Shown: positions 16,918-26,399 of the stretch, piece after piece | Numbering within the stretch: the first letter of the stretch is position 1 | Layout of the letters: every line of letters begins with the position of its first letter | Assembly (NCBI GenBank): GCA_034667745.1 | Contig: JAXDQP010000052.1 | Location: forward strand, 1 to 62,161 | Length of the DNA: 62,161 nucleotides | Direction: 5' to 3' | Source: Thermoplasmata archaeon | Lineage (GTDB): Archaea > Thermoplasmatota > E2 > JACPAO01 > JAHFTW01 | Made by a program: the position numbers and the translations under genes | Notes under the pieces: model-generated | What the model was told of the DNA's origin: nothing | The model's input: the letters and a program-made list of their open reading frames with translations, nothing else | Database searches by the model: none

Positions 16918-18303
16918 TCAGACCGTCGCCTGCGCCTGCATGGTCCGCGTGAGGATGCCCTTGAACCGGTCCACCAAGGCTTGCGCCTGGCTCGCCTCGC
17001 GCGCCTCGGCCTGGATGCGGTAGATGGGCTCGGTGCCACTGGGGCGCACGAGGACCCAGCCCTCGGCGAGGTAGGCCTTGACGCCGTCGCGGTCGTCCAC
17101 CGACTGGATGCCGGTCTCGGCGCCGAGGGCCTGCTTGTAGCCGGCCAGGATGGCCTGCTTGCGCTCGTCGGGGACGTGGATCTTGTCCTTCACGAGCGCG
17201 TAGGAGGGGATTTCGGACAGGAGGCTCGACAAGGGGCGGCCCGTCTTCGCGAGGAGTTCCAGGACGAACGCCATCGCCATGAGGCCGTCGCGGCAGATCT
17301 GGTGCCGCGTGAACATGAGGCCGCCGTTGTCCTCGCCGCCGAAGACCGCCTTGTGGCGAATCATCTCGCGCGCCACGACGGGGGAGCCGACCACCGTCCA
17401 CTCCAGGCGGCCGCCACCCATCTTGACCGCGTCCGCGACGCAGGAGGAGCTGGAGACGGCGGTGCAGACGACGCTGTTGGCGGGGTGGCGCTTGAGCTCC
17501 CACAGGCAGCCGAGCGCGAGGCTGCGGTCGCCCCACACGTAGTCTCCCTTCTCGTCGATGAAGACCGCGCGGTCGGCGTCGCCGTCCTGCAGGATGCCGA
17601 GGTGCGCCTTGGTGCGCTTGACCTCCGCCATGCAGCGCTTGGCGTTGGCGGGGCTCGGCTCGCTCGGGCGGTCGCTGAACGCGCCGTCCAGCTCGCACGA
17701 GAGCGGCACGACCTGGACGCCAAGGGCCGACATGAGGCGGGGGGCGGTGACGCAGCCGGCGCCGCCGCCGGGGTCCAGCACGACCTTGAGCCGCGCGCCC
17801 CGGATGGCCTGCTTGTCCACCTGCGCCAGGACCGCCTCGATGTAGTGGTCGGCGGCGCCCTTGTCCGCGGTGTGGGTGCCGACCTCCTGCCAGGGCACCA
17901 TGCGGAAGCGCTCGCCGAAGTAGAGCGCCTCCACGGCGGCCTCCTCGTCCTGCGAGGTCTCGGTGCCGTCGGGCGCCACGAGCTTGATGCCGTTGTATTC
18001 CGGGGGGTTGTGGCTGGCCGTGATGATGCCGCCCGCGGCGAACTTCTTGTCGCGCACGTAGAGCTGGATGCCGGGGCTGGGCAGGATGCCGATGTCGACG
18101 GTGTGCACGCCGACCGCGTTGAGGCCGGCGCAGAACGCCGCCATCAGGTGCGGGCCGGAGGAGCGCGCGTCGCGGCCGACGGCGACCTTGGAGCCCTGCG
18201 GCAGCCACGAGCCGACCGCCTTGCCGAGGCGCACCGCCAGGTCGGGGGTCATGGTCGAGCCGACGACGCCGCGCACGCCGTTGGTGCCGAACAGCCTGTT
18301 CAT
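16918..18303 (-). CDS. Phosphohexomutase (GlmM/ManB type)
   Basis: 461 aa. 'LFGTNGVRG', the active-site 'ITASHNPPEYNG', 'DGDADR' and 'RPSGTEP'. Confidence 0.85.
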   Translation of the reverse strand: MNRLFGTNGVRGVVGSTMTPDLAVRLGKAVGSWLPQGSKVAVGRDARSSGPHLMAAFCAGLNAVGVHTVDIGILPSPGIQLYVRDKKFAAGGIITASHNPPEYNGIKLVAPDGTETSQDEEAAVEALYFGERFRMVPWQEVGTHTADKGAADHYIEAVLAQVDKQAIRGARLKVVLDPGGGAGCVTAPRLMSALGVQVVPLSCELDGAFSDRPSEPSPANAKRCMAEVKRTKAHLGILQDGDADRAVFIDEKGDYVWGDRSLALGCLWELKRHPANSVVCTAVSSSSCVADAVKMGGGRLEWTVVGSPVVAREMIRHKAVFGGEDNGGLMFTRHQICRDGLMAMAFVLELLAKTGRPLSSLLSEIPSYALVKDKIHVPDERKQAILAGYKQALGAETGIQSVDDRDGVKAYLAEGWVLVRPSGTEPIYRIQAEAREASQAQALVDRFKGILTRTMQAQATV

Positions 18304-18347
18304 CGGGGCCCCGAAGGTCCGGCAGGGGAAAAGCCCCGCGTTGGTGG

Positions 18348-19985
18348 CTAGGCCAGCCGGGACAGGTCCATCTCCAGCACGGTGGCCGGCGCCGCGAGCC
18401 CGAAGGCGACCAAGGTGTCGGGGTGCAACTCCCCGAAGTGGCCCACGCTTGTCCCCTTGGCCTTGAGGCTGCCCTGGCGCCCCGCGATGAGGCCGCGCGT
18501 CGCCCCTGGAGCAAGCTCGACGGGGAGGGCCGCGTCGCGGACGAGCGCCTCGGCGAGCCCCTTGGCGTCGCTGAAGCCCGCCTTCGCGGAGCACTCGACC
18601 AGGGCGAGGTGGAGCCGGTTCCGCCAGGCGTCGCCGTCGCGGACGACGACGTGGCCAATCTCGAAGAGGCGCTGCGGCAGCGGCCGGTGGCGGTTCGCGG
18701 CCAGCACCGCAAGCAGGCTGGGCAGGAGGCGGATGCGCAGGAGCGTCTGCTCCTCCAGCACCGGGTTCAGGAGCTGCACGTGCGGCTCCGCCGGGGCGCC
18801 CCAGTTCGCCCACTGGCTCTTGGCGTCGGAGAGGGTGAGCGTGCGCGCCTCCAGGTAGCCGTGCCCCGTGAGCAGGCGGCGCAGGGTGTCCTCCAGCCCC
18901 TGCTGCGGCAGCCTGCCGGCGAAGGTGGCGCGCTGCGGCAGCGTGCCCGGGAAGCTCTCGAAGCCGAAGCCGATGGCGACGTCCTCCAGCAAATCGACCT
19001 CGTGCAGCAGGTCCTGGCGCCACGCGGCGGACTTGACGTGGACCTTGTTGTCGTAGGCGTCGGCGTCGTGGCCCATGCGGCGCAGGCAGCGCGCCACCTC
19101 GTCGCCGCTCCACTGCATCCCCAGCAGCGCGGCGGCCTGGTCCGTGTGCAGCACGTGCTCGCTCGGCTTGAGGTCGGGGCAGGCCCAGGCGCCGGAGGCG
19201 TCGTGGACCGTGACGGCCTCGATGCGGCCGCCGTGCTCCGCGAGGCTCGTGGCCAGGAGGGCGATGGTCTGGCGGACGCTGCGCGCGTCGGTGCCGGTGA
19301 CGTCGAGCAGGACGTCGGTGGTCCTCGTGGTGACGGCGGTGCGCTGGGCGTTGATGACCGGCGGCAGGCTCAGGACCTCCCCCGCGGCGTCGAGGAAGAC
19401 GGGGAACTTTCCGGCAGGAAGCAGGTGGCCGTACTCCCTGCCCTTCGGGTGCTCGGCCATGATTTGCGCGGGCGTCATCTTCCGCGTCTCGTTGAGCGGC
19501 ACGAACGGCTTGTCGCTCGGGCCGACGGCGGTGTAGGTGAAGGGCCCCTTGAGGCCGGCGGCGTCATGGATGCCGATGGCCACCTTCCGGCGGCGGCGCC
19601 CCGGGCTGAACGTCAGCTTCTCCTGCGCCTCGATGAGCACCTGGAGGTAGGCCTCGTCCACCTTGATGCCGCGCACGAAGCAGAGCGCGGCGTAGGGGCG
19701 GACGGCCTGCACGGAGGCGTCCACCTTCAGCTCGGTGCGCGGCTTCTCCACCGCGTAGGAGGGGAGGCCCGGCTTGACGCCGAGGAACGCCCGCAGCGCG
19801 CGGCCGGTGCCCTCCAGCGTCAGCAGGTCGGGCCGGTTGGGGAACCACTCCATGTGGAGGGTGTCGCCCTCGACGCGCTCGACGTCGCCGCCCAGCATCG
19901 GCATGCGCTCCTGCAGCTCCGCCATCGGGACGTCCCGCCCGATGACCCTGCACAGGTCGCTGCGCCGGAAGGTGACGACGGGCAT
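18348..19985 (-). CDS. pheT: Phenylalanine--tRNA ligase beta subunit (archaeal type)
   Basis: 545 aa from ATG 19985. The N-terminus 'MPVVTFRRSDLCRVIG...EWFPNRPDLL' is typical of archaeal PheT. Confidence 0.9.
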   Translation of the reverse strand: MPVVTFRRSDLCRVIGRDVPMAELQERMPMLGGDVERVEGDTLHMEWFPNRPDLLTLEGTGRALRAFLGVKPGLPSYAVEKPRTELKVDASVQAVRPYAALCFVRGIKVDEAYLQVLIEAQEKLTFSPGRRRRKVAIGIHDAAGLKGPFTYTAVGPSDKPFVPLNETRKMTPAQIMAEHPKGREYGHLLPAGKFPVFLDAAGEVLSLPPVINAQRTAVTTRTTDVLLDVTGTDARSVRQTIALLATSLAEHGGRIEAVTVHDASGAWACPDLKPSEHVLHTDQAAALLGMQWSGDEVARCLRRMGHDADAYDNKVHVKSAAWRQDLLHEVDLLEDVAIGFGFESFPGTLPQRATFAGRLPQQGLEDTLRRLLTGHGYLEARTLTLSDAKSQWANWGAPAEPHVQLLNPVLEEQTLLRIRLLPSLLAVLAANRHRPLPQRLFEIGHVVVRDGDAWRNRLHLALVECSAKAGFSDAKGLAEALVRDAALPVELAPGATRGLIAGRQGSLKAKGTSVGHFGELHPDTLVAFGLAAPATVLEMDLSRLA

Positions 19986-20155
19986 CCCGCGAGCGCGACG
20001 CGAGAGTCCGGCTATAAATCCGTGGCCTCGCCGCGCGCCGGCCAAGGCCTCCCGCGTGTCTCCCGCGGACAGACACCCCTCCTGGAGCGATATATTCCCA
20101 GACCATCGCCTCGCCTTATGTCCGCGTCCCGCCGGATGCGGAGTTGGTGTCTGCC

Positions 20156-20626
20156 ATGACCCCCAACCTCCCCCCGACCTCGACCCCCCGCGTCTTCCTG
20201 CACCTCGGCCGCCGCGTCGCCTTCCTGTGCAGCCTCGCCCTGCTGCTGCTCGCCGGCCAGGCCACCGCCCAGCTGCCGGCCCTGCCCGCCATCGCCCAGG
20301 GCATCGACACGCCCCTCGGCAGCACCACCGCCGCCCTGCGCGACGGCGCCATCGACGCCTGCACCCAGAACGCCGTCTCGACCGCCGCCGTCCCCGCCCT
20401 GCCCGCCCTCCCGGTCGGCCTGCCGGTCGCCCTCCCCGACGCCGGCATCGCCGCCCACGCCTGCGCGCACGCTGACCTCTCGCAGGTGGCCGGCGCCGCG
20501 AACGCCCTCCCCGTCGGCCAGGTCGCCGGCGAGGCGATGGGCCAGGCCGGCGCGGTCGTGGAGCAGGCCAAGGCCGCCACGGGCCCCCTGCAGGCCATCA
20601 TCGGCTGGTTCATGAGCTTCTTCTGA
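20156..20626 (+). CDS. Hypothetical secreted Ala/Pro/Leu-rich protein
   Basis: Signal-like 'VAFLCSLALLLLAGQATA'. High GC3. Followed by the longest C/T tract in the window. ATG 20156 preferred over the track's TTG 20144. Confidence 0.5.
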   Translation: MTPNLPPTSTPRVFLHLGRRVAFLCSLALLLLAGQATAQLPALPAIAQGIDTPLGSTTAALRDGAIDACTQNAVSTAAVPALPALPVGLPVALPDAGIAAHACAHADLSQVAGAANALPVGQVAGEAMGQAGAVVEQAKAATGPLQAIIGWFMSFF

Positions 20627-20630
20627 AGCC

Positions 20631-20712
20631 CACGCTCCCCCCTTCTCCCCCTCTTCCCCTGGCTCACCTCTTCCCCCTCCTCCTTTTCGTTTCTTCGCCC
20701 CTCGTTCCCCCT
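20631..20712 (+). terminator. C/T-rich tract after a stop codon
   Basis: An ~80-nt pyrimidine-rich run including 'cctccttttcgtttcttc', just after the TGA at 20624-20626. Confidence 0.55.
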
Positions 20713-20798
20713 GGCTCCGCCGGGCGGCACATGGGCGTTCCCGCAAACGGCCGGAACCGCCTCGAAGCGCGGGGCTATATGAGACGGGCCCGCGGTCC

Positions 20799-21968
20799 AT
20801 GCGCGTGAAGGACCCGAAGGCCGCGCCGTGGAGCGGCTTCCACCGCCTGCACCGCAAGGAGCGGTTGCGCCGGGTCGCCGTCGCCGCGGGGCTGTCGGTC
20901 GCCGACGAGGCGGCCCTCTCCTCCCCGCTCGCCCCGGAGCTTGCGGAGTCCTTCATCGAGAACGCGCTCGGCTCCTTCCCGCTGCCGCTCGGCGTCGCCG
21001 TCAACTTCGTCGTCGACGGCAAGCCCGCCCTGGTCCCGATGGCCGTCGAGGAGTCCAGCGTCGTCGCGGCCGCAAGTCATGGCGCGAAACTCGCGGCGCT
21101 CGGCGGCGGCTTCCGCACCGAGGTCATGGACCCCGTGGCCATCGGCCAAGTGGAGCTGCGCGGCGTCCGCGACCTTGCCGCCGCCAAGAAAGTCGTCACC
21201 AGAAGCCGCAAGGCCTGGATGCGCCTGCTCGATGAACGGATTCCCACGATGGTCAAGCGTGGCGGCGGCCTGCGCGGCATCGAGGCCCGCGAGGTGGGCA
21301 AGGGCCGCCTCCTCCTGCACCTTCTCGTGGACACCCGCGACGCGATGGGCGCCAACGTCGTCAACACCCTCTGCGAAGCTCTCGCCCCCATCGCCGCCGA
21401 AGCCGTGGGCGCCAAGCCGGGCCTGCGCATCCTGAGCAACCTCGCGGACCACCGGCTCGCGACGGCCACCTGCGCCATCCCGCACGCGGCCCTCGGCGGC
21501 AAGGAGGCCGCCAAGGCCATCGTGGCCGCCAACAAGCTCGCGCTCGACGACCCCTACCGCGCCGCGACGCACAACAAGGGCATCCTCAACGGCATCGACC
21601 CCATCCTGGTCGCCACCGGCAACGACTGGCGCGCCGTCGAGGCGGGCGCCCACGCCTACGCCGCGCGCACTGGCGCCTACCGCGCGCTCACCACCTACCG
21701 CCAGGACGCGAGGGGCGACCTGCACGCCAGCCTGACCCTCCCGATGGCCGTCGGCACGGTCGGCGGCGTGACGCGGCTGCACCCCACCGCGAAGGCCTGC
21801 CTCAAGATGCTCGGCGAACCTGACAGTCGCCGCCTCGCCGCCGTGTGCGTCAGCGTCGGCCTCGCGCAGAACCTCGCCGCGCTGAAGGCGCTCTCCAGCG
21901 AGGGCATCCAGAAGGGCCACATGGCGCTGCACGCCAGCAACCTCGCCCTGGCGCGCAAGCGGACCTAG
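20799..21968 (+). CDS. hmgA: Hydroxymethylglutaryl-CoA reductase, class-II-like
   Basis: 389 aa. 'ENALGSFPLPLGVAVNFVVDG', 'MAVEESSVVAA', 'DAMGANVVN' and 'GIQKGHMALH'. The short soluble form is typical of class II. Confidence 0.85.
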   Translation: MRVKDPKAAPWSGFHRLHRKERLRRVAVAAGLSVADEAALSSPLAPELAESFIENALGSFPLPLGVAVNFVVDGKPALVPMAVEESSVVAAASHGAKLAALGGGFRTEVMDPVAIGQVELRGVRDLAAAKKVVTRSRKAWMRLLDERIPTMVKRGGGLRGIEAREVGKGRLLLHLLVDTRDAMGANVVNTLCEALAPIAAEAVGAKPGLRILSNLADHRLATATCAIPHAALGGKEAAKAIVAANKLALDDPYRAATHNKGILNGIDPILVATGNDWRAVEAGAHAYAARTGAYRALTTYRQDARGDLHASLTLPMAVGTVGGVTRLHPTAKACLKMLGEPDSRRLAAVCVSVGLAQNLAALKALSSEGIQKGHMALHASNLALARKRT

Positions 21969-23818
21969 GTTTCGTCCGAGAGGACCGCGCGGACCCGTTC
22001 GGCGATGGCCGGCGTGACGCCCGGGACGCGCTGCAGGTCCTCGGCGCTCGCGGCCTTCAAGCCCTCCAGCCCGCCGAACGCCTTCACGAGCTCCGCGCGG
22101 CGCTTGGGGCCGATGCCGGGCACGCCGTCCAGCGGGCTCGCGGTGACGCCCTGCGCCGCCTTGGCGTGGGTGTGCTTGATGCCGAAGCGGTGCGCCTCGT
22201 CCCGCACGCGCTGGAGCAGTTGGAGCGCGGGGTCGTCGCGGCGCAGCTTGAGCGGCTGCATCTTCCCCGGCACGAAGACCAGCTCCTCCTCCTTCGCGAG
22301 CGAGCAGAGGGCAACCTGCGGCAGGTTGAGGCCGCGCAGCGCCTGCCGCGCCGCAGAGAGCTGGCCCGGCCCGCCGTCGACGAGGACGAGGTCGGGCAAC
22401 TGCTCGCCGCGCTCCACGACGCCCCGGTAGCGGCGCGTGACCGCCTCGGTCATGCTGGCGAAGTCGTCCACCTCGCGGCCTGCGCCCTTCGGGGCCTCGC
22501 CGTCCGCGCCCACCGCCTTGCCCTGCCCGTCGCGGCGGGTGCCCACGCTCTGCATGTTGAACGTGCGGTAGCCCGCCTTCTCCGGCTCGCCATCGACGAA
22601 GCGGACGAGGGCGGCGCGCGTGAACTCGCCCGCCATGTGCGTGATGTCGAAGCCCTCGACGACGCGCGGCGGGGCCGCCAGGGCAAGCGCGCGCTGAAGT
22701 GATTCGAGGGCCCCCGCGCCACGGCGCCGGCGGCGGTGCAATTCCTCCTCCAGCCGCAGGCGGGCGTTGGTCAGCGCGACCTCGACCCAGCGGCGCTTGT
22801 CCCCCTTCTGCGGCGTCTCCACCGTCACCGCGCCCTCGCGCAGCAGGCGCAGCTCCTTCTCCAGCGGCGGCCCGAGCGCCTCCGGCAGGTCGGCGGCGAC
22901 GTGACGCGGCACGAGGCGGTCCTGGTAGTAGCCACGCAGGAACTCGACAAGGCCCTGCGCCTCCTCGCCCGGCGCGACCCCCGCGACGTGGAAGACGGAC
23001 TGGCCCGCGATCTGGCCGTCGCGCTGGTGCAGCAGGACGACGACGCCGAGGTCGCCGCTGCCCGCGATGCAGGCGACGTCGCGCTCCTCCAGCCGCTCCT
23101 GCACCATGTGCTGCCGGTCGAGGATGTTCTGCAGGCTGTGCAGTTGGTCGCGCAGCATCGCGGCCTGCTCGAAGCGGTGCTCCAGCGCCGCCGCCTCCAG
23201 CCGCGCCTGCACCTCCGCCACCAGCCGACCGCTGCGGCCCTTCAGCAGCGCCTGCACCTCGTCCACGAGCGTCTGGTACTCGGCGTCCGTGCAGGCCTGG
23301 ATGCAGGGCGCGATGCACTTGCCGATGTCGTAGTAGAGGCACTTCTCCCTCGGCAGGACGCGGCAGCGGCGCAACGGCACGAGGTCGTTGAGCGCCTGCA
23401 GGATGTGGAACGCGCCGGAGCCGTCGGGGAAGGGGCCGAAGTAGGTCGCGCCGTCGTCCTCGCGGCGGTGCACCTTCAGCAGGCGCGGGTAGGGCTCGCT
23501 CGTGAGCTTGAGGTACGGGTACTGCTTGTCGTCGGTGAGCCGCACGTTGAAGCGCGGCCGGTGGCGCTTGATGAGCGTCTGCTCCAGCAGCAGCGCCTCC
23601 TTCTCCGTCCGCACCGCGATGTAGTCGAGGTCCGCCACCTCCTGCATCAGGCGGCTGGTCTTCGCCGTCGCGGGGTCGAGGTAGGAGCCGGCGCGGCTGC
23701 GGAGGTCCACGGCCTTGCCGACGTAGAGGACGGTGCCGCCCGCGTCCTTCCACTGGTAGATGCCGGGCGCGCGCGGCAGCCGGGCCACCTGCTCGCGCAA
23801 CGCGTCGCTGATGGCCAC
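21965..23818 (-). CDS. uvrC: Excinuclease ABC subunit C
   Basis: 617 aa. GIY-YIG N-terminus 'GIYQWKDAGGTVLYVGKA', a UVR domain and a C-terminal (HhH)2. GTG start. Confidence 0.9.
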   Translation of the reverse strand: MAISDALREQVARLPRAPGIYQWKDAGGTVLYVGKAVDLRSRAGSYLDPATAKTSRLMQEVADLDYIAVRTEKEALLLEQTLIKRHRPRFNVRLTDDKQYPYLKLTSEPYPRLLKVHRREDDGATYFGPFPDGSGAFHILQALNDLVPLRRCRVLPREKCLYYDIGKCIAPCIQACTDAEYQTLVDEVQALLKGRSGRLVAEVQARLEAAALEHRFEQAAMLRDQLHSLQNILDRQHMVQERLEERDVACIAGSGDLGVVVLLHQRDGQIAGQSVFHVAGVAPGEEAQGLVEFLRGYYQDRLVPRHVAADLPEALGPPLEKELRLLREGAVTVETPQKGDKRRWVEVALTNARLRLEEELHRRRRRGAGALESLQRALALAAPPRVVEGFDITHMAGEFTRAALVRFVDGEPEKAGYRTFNMQSVGTRRDGQGKAVGADGEAPKGAGREVDDFASMTEAVTRRYRGVVERGEQLPDLVLVDGGPGQLSAARQALRGLNLPQVALCSLAKEEELVFVPGKMQPLKLRRDDPALQLLQRVRDEAHRFGIKHTHAKAAQGVTASPLDGVPGIGPKRRAELVKAFGGLEGLKAASAEDLQRVPGVTPAIAERVRAVLSDET

Positions 23819-23949
23819 GGCCCACCCACTCCCGGCGCCGCGATAGAACTGGCGGATGGAGGCGGGGCGTCCTCCGCGAAACCCGCGGTTGGTCTGTCGG
23901 GCGGTGGAGCGACGCGAAGCGTTATGCGCGGCTTGCCGATGGCCTGCGC

Positions 23950-24276
23950 ATGGCCACCCCGTTCGGCACGGCGCAGCTCCAGCTTGGCGGCCTGCTCTCC
24001 ATCGTCATCGCGACGCTGTTCATCTGGCTGGCCGCGCGCCTCGTTCTGGACCGCTCCTCGCTGCTGGCGGCGCTCGCCTCGGCCGTCATCTCGACGCTGC
24101 TGGCGGGCCTCATCGCCGCCGCCATCGGGGGCACGGTCGGCATCGTGCTGGCCATCCTCGTGTGGGCGCTCTGCACGGCCGCGTTCTTCCGCACCGACTG
24201 GGCCAAGGGCGCCATCATCGGCCTCGTGGCGTGGGTGCTCTCCTACCTCGTCGGGCTGCTGCTCCAGAACATGTAG
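23950..24276 (+). CDS. Hypothetical small membrane protein
   Basis: 108 aa with 3-4 hydrophobic helices and high GC3. Confidence 0.5.
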   Translation: MATPFGTAQLQLGGLLSIVIATLFIWLAARLVLDRSSLLAALASAVISTLLAGLIAAAIGGTVGIVLAILVWALCTAAFFRTDWAKGAIIGLVAWVLSYLVGLLLQNM

Positions 24277-24363
24277 GCCGCGCGAGCGTAGCAAGCCGCC
24301 AGCGCGGAGCGACGCGGAGCCCCCCGCAGCTTGGCTTGCTGAGAAACCGCCGCAGGCCGTTTC

Positions 24364-24741
24364 TTAGGGCTTGAGCAGTTCGTCAACCTGCTTCTGGCTG
24401 GCGCGCGCCTTGCTCAGGTCGAACTGGAGTTCGATGCAGAGGTGGTCGATGCCGTAGGTGGTCTCGACGTGGTGCAGGATGCCCGCCAGGGCCTCCAGGT
24501 CCTCCTCGGAGCCCTCGCCCTGGGTGAAGATGTGCTCGTGGAAGTCGAGGCCCAGCACGTCCTCGCCCTCCATCGTGACCTGGGCGTGGTCGCAGAAGGC
24601 CTTCTTGAGGCGGTCCTCCAGCTTGCGGACGCCGCCCGGGGGGACGGGCTTGCTGGTGGTGACCTCGACGAAGTAGCCGACCCCGTCGATGAAGGGGTTG
24701 TTGCGCACGATTTCCAGGATGTCCTCAACGGTCGCGACCAT
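24364..24741 (-). CDS. Hypothetical acidic cytoplasmic protein
   Basis: 125 aa from ATG 24741. A TATA-like 'ATTTATG' lies about 35 nt upstream. I recognise no family. Confidence 0.5.
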   Translation of the reverse strand: MVATVEDILEIVRNNPFIDGVGYFVEVTTSKPVPPGGVRKLEDRLKKAFCDHAQVTMEGEDVLGLDFHEHIFTQGEGSEEDLEALAGILHHVETTYGIDHLCIELQFDLSKARASQKQVDELLKP

Positions 24742-24892
24742 GGCAGTCCCCCAGTAAGGTCCTTCGAGGCATAAATCTTGAGGACATGGCTGGCGCAAAG
24801 GATAAAGAGCGGCTCGCCTCCGCGCTTCTTTCCTCTTAGGCGTGGTGGGACGAACCCCGGTGGTTTCGGCCTTCGGAACCGGGCGATTTGAG

Positions 24893-24964
24893 AGCCGCTG
24901 GTGTGATTCGAACACACGACCACCTCCTTACCAAGGAGGTACTCTACCCCTGAGCCACAGCGGC
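24893..24964 (-). tRNA. tRNA-Thr (anticodon GGU)
   Basis: Folded by hand. Acceptor GCCGCUG/CAGCGGC. Anticodon stem CCUCC/GGAGG with loop UUGGUAA. T-arm GUGUG-UUCGAAU-CACAC. No encoded CCA. A TAAATAC box lies about 24 nt upstream. Confidence 0.85.
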
Positions 24965-24987
24965 GGCGAGGCGGCCACAATGGACCC

Positions 24988-24995
24988 GTATTTAG
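24988..24995 (-). promoter_or_regulatory. TATA-like box CTAAATAC upstream of tRNA-Thr
   Basis: Lies about 24 nt upstream of the tRNA 5' end. Confidence 0.55.
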
Positions 24996-25046
24996 CGGCT
25001 CCGGGATGGTGGCCAATCCAGGGCAGGGAGGCCCCCCCCTGGGCGC

Positions 25047-25880
25047 CTACTTGAACGGGTTGCGGGGCGGGCCGCGCAGGTGGTTCACCTGGCGCGCGAT
25101 GGCGGCCAGGCCGACGACGTTGAGGATGCCGAGGCCGACCAGGAACCAGTCGAGGGTGCGCCACGCGCTGGGGCTGATGCCGACGGCGGCGGTGGGCGGC
25201 TGGGTGGTGGCGGCCTTCTGCGCCTGCTCGAACTCGGCGCGGCTGGGGGCGTTGTCGGGGGCGAGGCCGAGCGGGGAGACGCGCAGGTCACCAGGACTGG
25301 TGCGGCCGCCGCCGGTGCTGAAGCCGTCGAGGTCGATGTAGAAGGTCTTCGCCACGTCGCGGGCTCCCTGCGAGGTCCAGCCGTAGGAGTTGGTGGGGGT
25401 GCCGGAGGGGCGCGTGAGGCCCTGCCCGACGCGGGAGTCGCCGGGCATGACCTTCGCCGGGGCGACCGCGAACGCGACGTCCCCGGCGGTGACCGAGCCG
25501 GAGTTGTCCACGTCGAGGACCCAGGCGCCGCCGCCTTGCGCGAACCAGGCATTTGGCAGCGGCGTGAGGCCGCGGCCCGCGTCGCGGTTGGTGATGTCCA
25601 CGACGGTGCCGGGAGCGTAGGTGTCGAACGCGGAGAGCCGCAGGTCGCCGTAGGTGACGCTGCCGGAGGCGTCGAGGTCGAGGTAGAGCATCTCGTCCGG
25701 CGCGGTGTCGGGGCGGGAGTTGCCGTTGCCGTCGATGTAGCCGACCGTGACGCGCGAGGTGTGCAGCTCCAGGTTCATGTCGGCGTCGCCGGGCGCCACC
25801 GTGGTGAGGAAGCCGGTGGCGTCGGCGTGGGCGGGAAGGGCCAGCAGCAGCAGGGCGGCCAGGGCCAGGGAACGGCGCAT
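25047..25880 (-). CDS. Secreted protein with EF-hand-like Ca-binding loops and a C-terminal TM anchor
   Basis: Signal 'LALAALLLLALPAHA'. Two 12-residue loops, 'DLDASGSVTYGD' and 'DVDNSGSVTAGD'. C-terminal helix 'WFLVGLGILNVVGLAAIA'. Confidence 0.6.
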   Translation of the reverse strand: MRRSLALAALLLLALPAHADATGFLTTVAPGDADMNLELHTSRVTVGYIDGNGNSRPDTAPDEMLYLDLDASGSVTYGDLRLSAFDTYAPGTVVDITNRDAGRGLTPLPNAWFAQGGGAWVLDVDNSGSVTAGDVAFAVAPAKVMPGDSRVGQGLTRPSGTPTNSYGWTSQGARDVAKTFYIDLDGFSTGGGRTSPGDLRVSPLGLAPDNAPSRAEFEQAQKAATTQPPTAAVGISPSAWRTLDWFLVGLGILNVVGLAAIARQVNHLRGPPRNPFK

Positions 25881-25927
25881 GGACGCGACGAGCCGGCGCC
25901 CCCGCTTAAGGAGCGCGACTTCGCCCG

Positions 25928-26365
25928 CTAGGCTGGAAGCGTTTGCGCGTCGGGGGAGGCCCGGTAGCGCCGGAAGACGTCCGTGTCCCAGCGGTAGAGC
26001 CTGCGCAGCAGGGTCTCCTCCAAGGTCCACCAATCGCTGTTCTCCAGGTTGATGTGGCTGTACCCTTCGCGCCGGTAGGCGGCGACCTTGCGCTGCCGGT
26101 GAGGGGAGCCGGGCGGGTCCATGCCCCAATATTCCACAATCAGACCGAGGTCCGGGAGGTAGAAGTCGGGCCGGAAGCCGGCGATGCGCGGCTCGTAGAG
26201 GTATGCCACGCCTGCGGCGTGCAGGCAGTCCCCGATGCGGCGCTCCGCCTGCGACGCCACGGCCTCGCCGCGGAGCGTGACTTCGGTGCGGCCCGACTGC
26301 CAAGAGGCCCATTGCCCGCGGCGCACGTGGCGGCGGCCAAGCAGCAGGTTCGCCCAGAAGCCCAT
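25928..26365 (-). CDS. Small PD-(D/E)XK-like nuclease-fold protein
   Basis: 145 aa. 'SQAERRIGDCLHAAGVAYLYEP...FRPDFYLPDLGLIVEYWGM' matches the E...PDF...E-x-W-G pattern of nuclease domains attached to some UvrD-type helicases (from memory). Confidence 0.55.
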   Translation of the reverse strand: MGFWANLLLGRRHVRRGQWASWQSGRTEVTLRGEAVASQAERRIGDCLHAAGVAYLYEPRIAGFRPDFYLPDLGLIVEYWGMDPPGSPHRQRKVAAYRREGYSHINLENSDWWTLEETLLRRLYRWDTDVFRRYRASPDAQTLPA

Positions 26366-26399
26366 GGCGGAGGCGCCAGACCGAGGCGCCTTGCTGGTC

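Noticed and set aside
24742-26365. The tRNA-Thr neighbourhood as a possible integrated element or genomic island. It holds an orphan gene, an exported protein and a nuclease-like gene next to a tRNA.
   Set aside because: There is no integrase or recombinase. I could find no direct repeat of the tRNA 3' half by eye. Codon usage and GC look the same as in the flanking housekeeping genes (tbp, uvrC).
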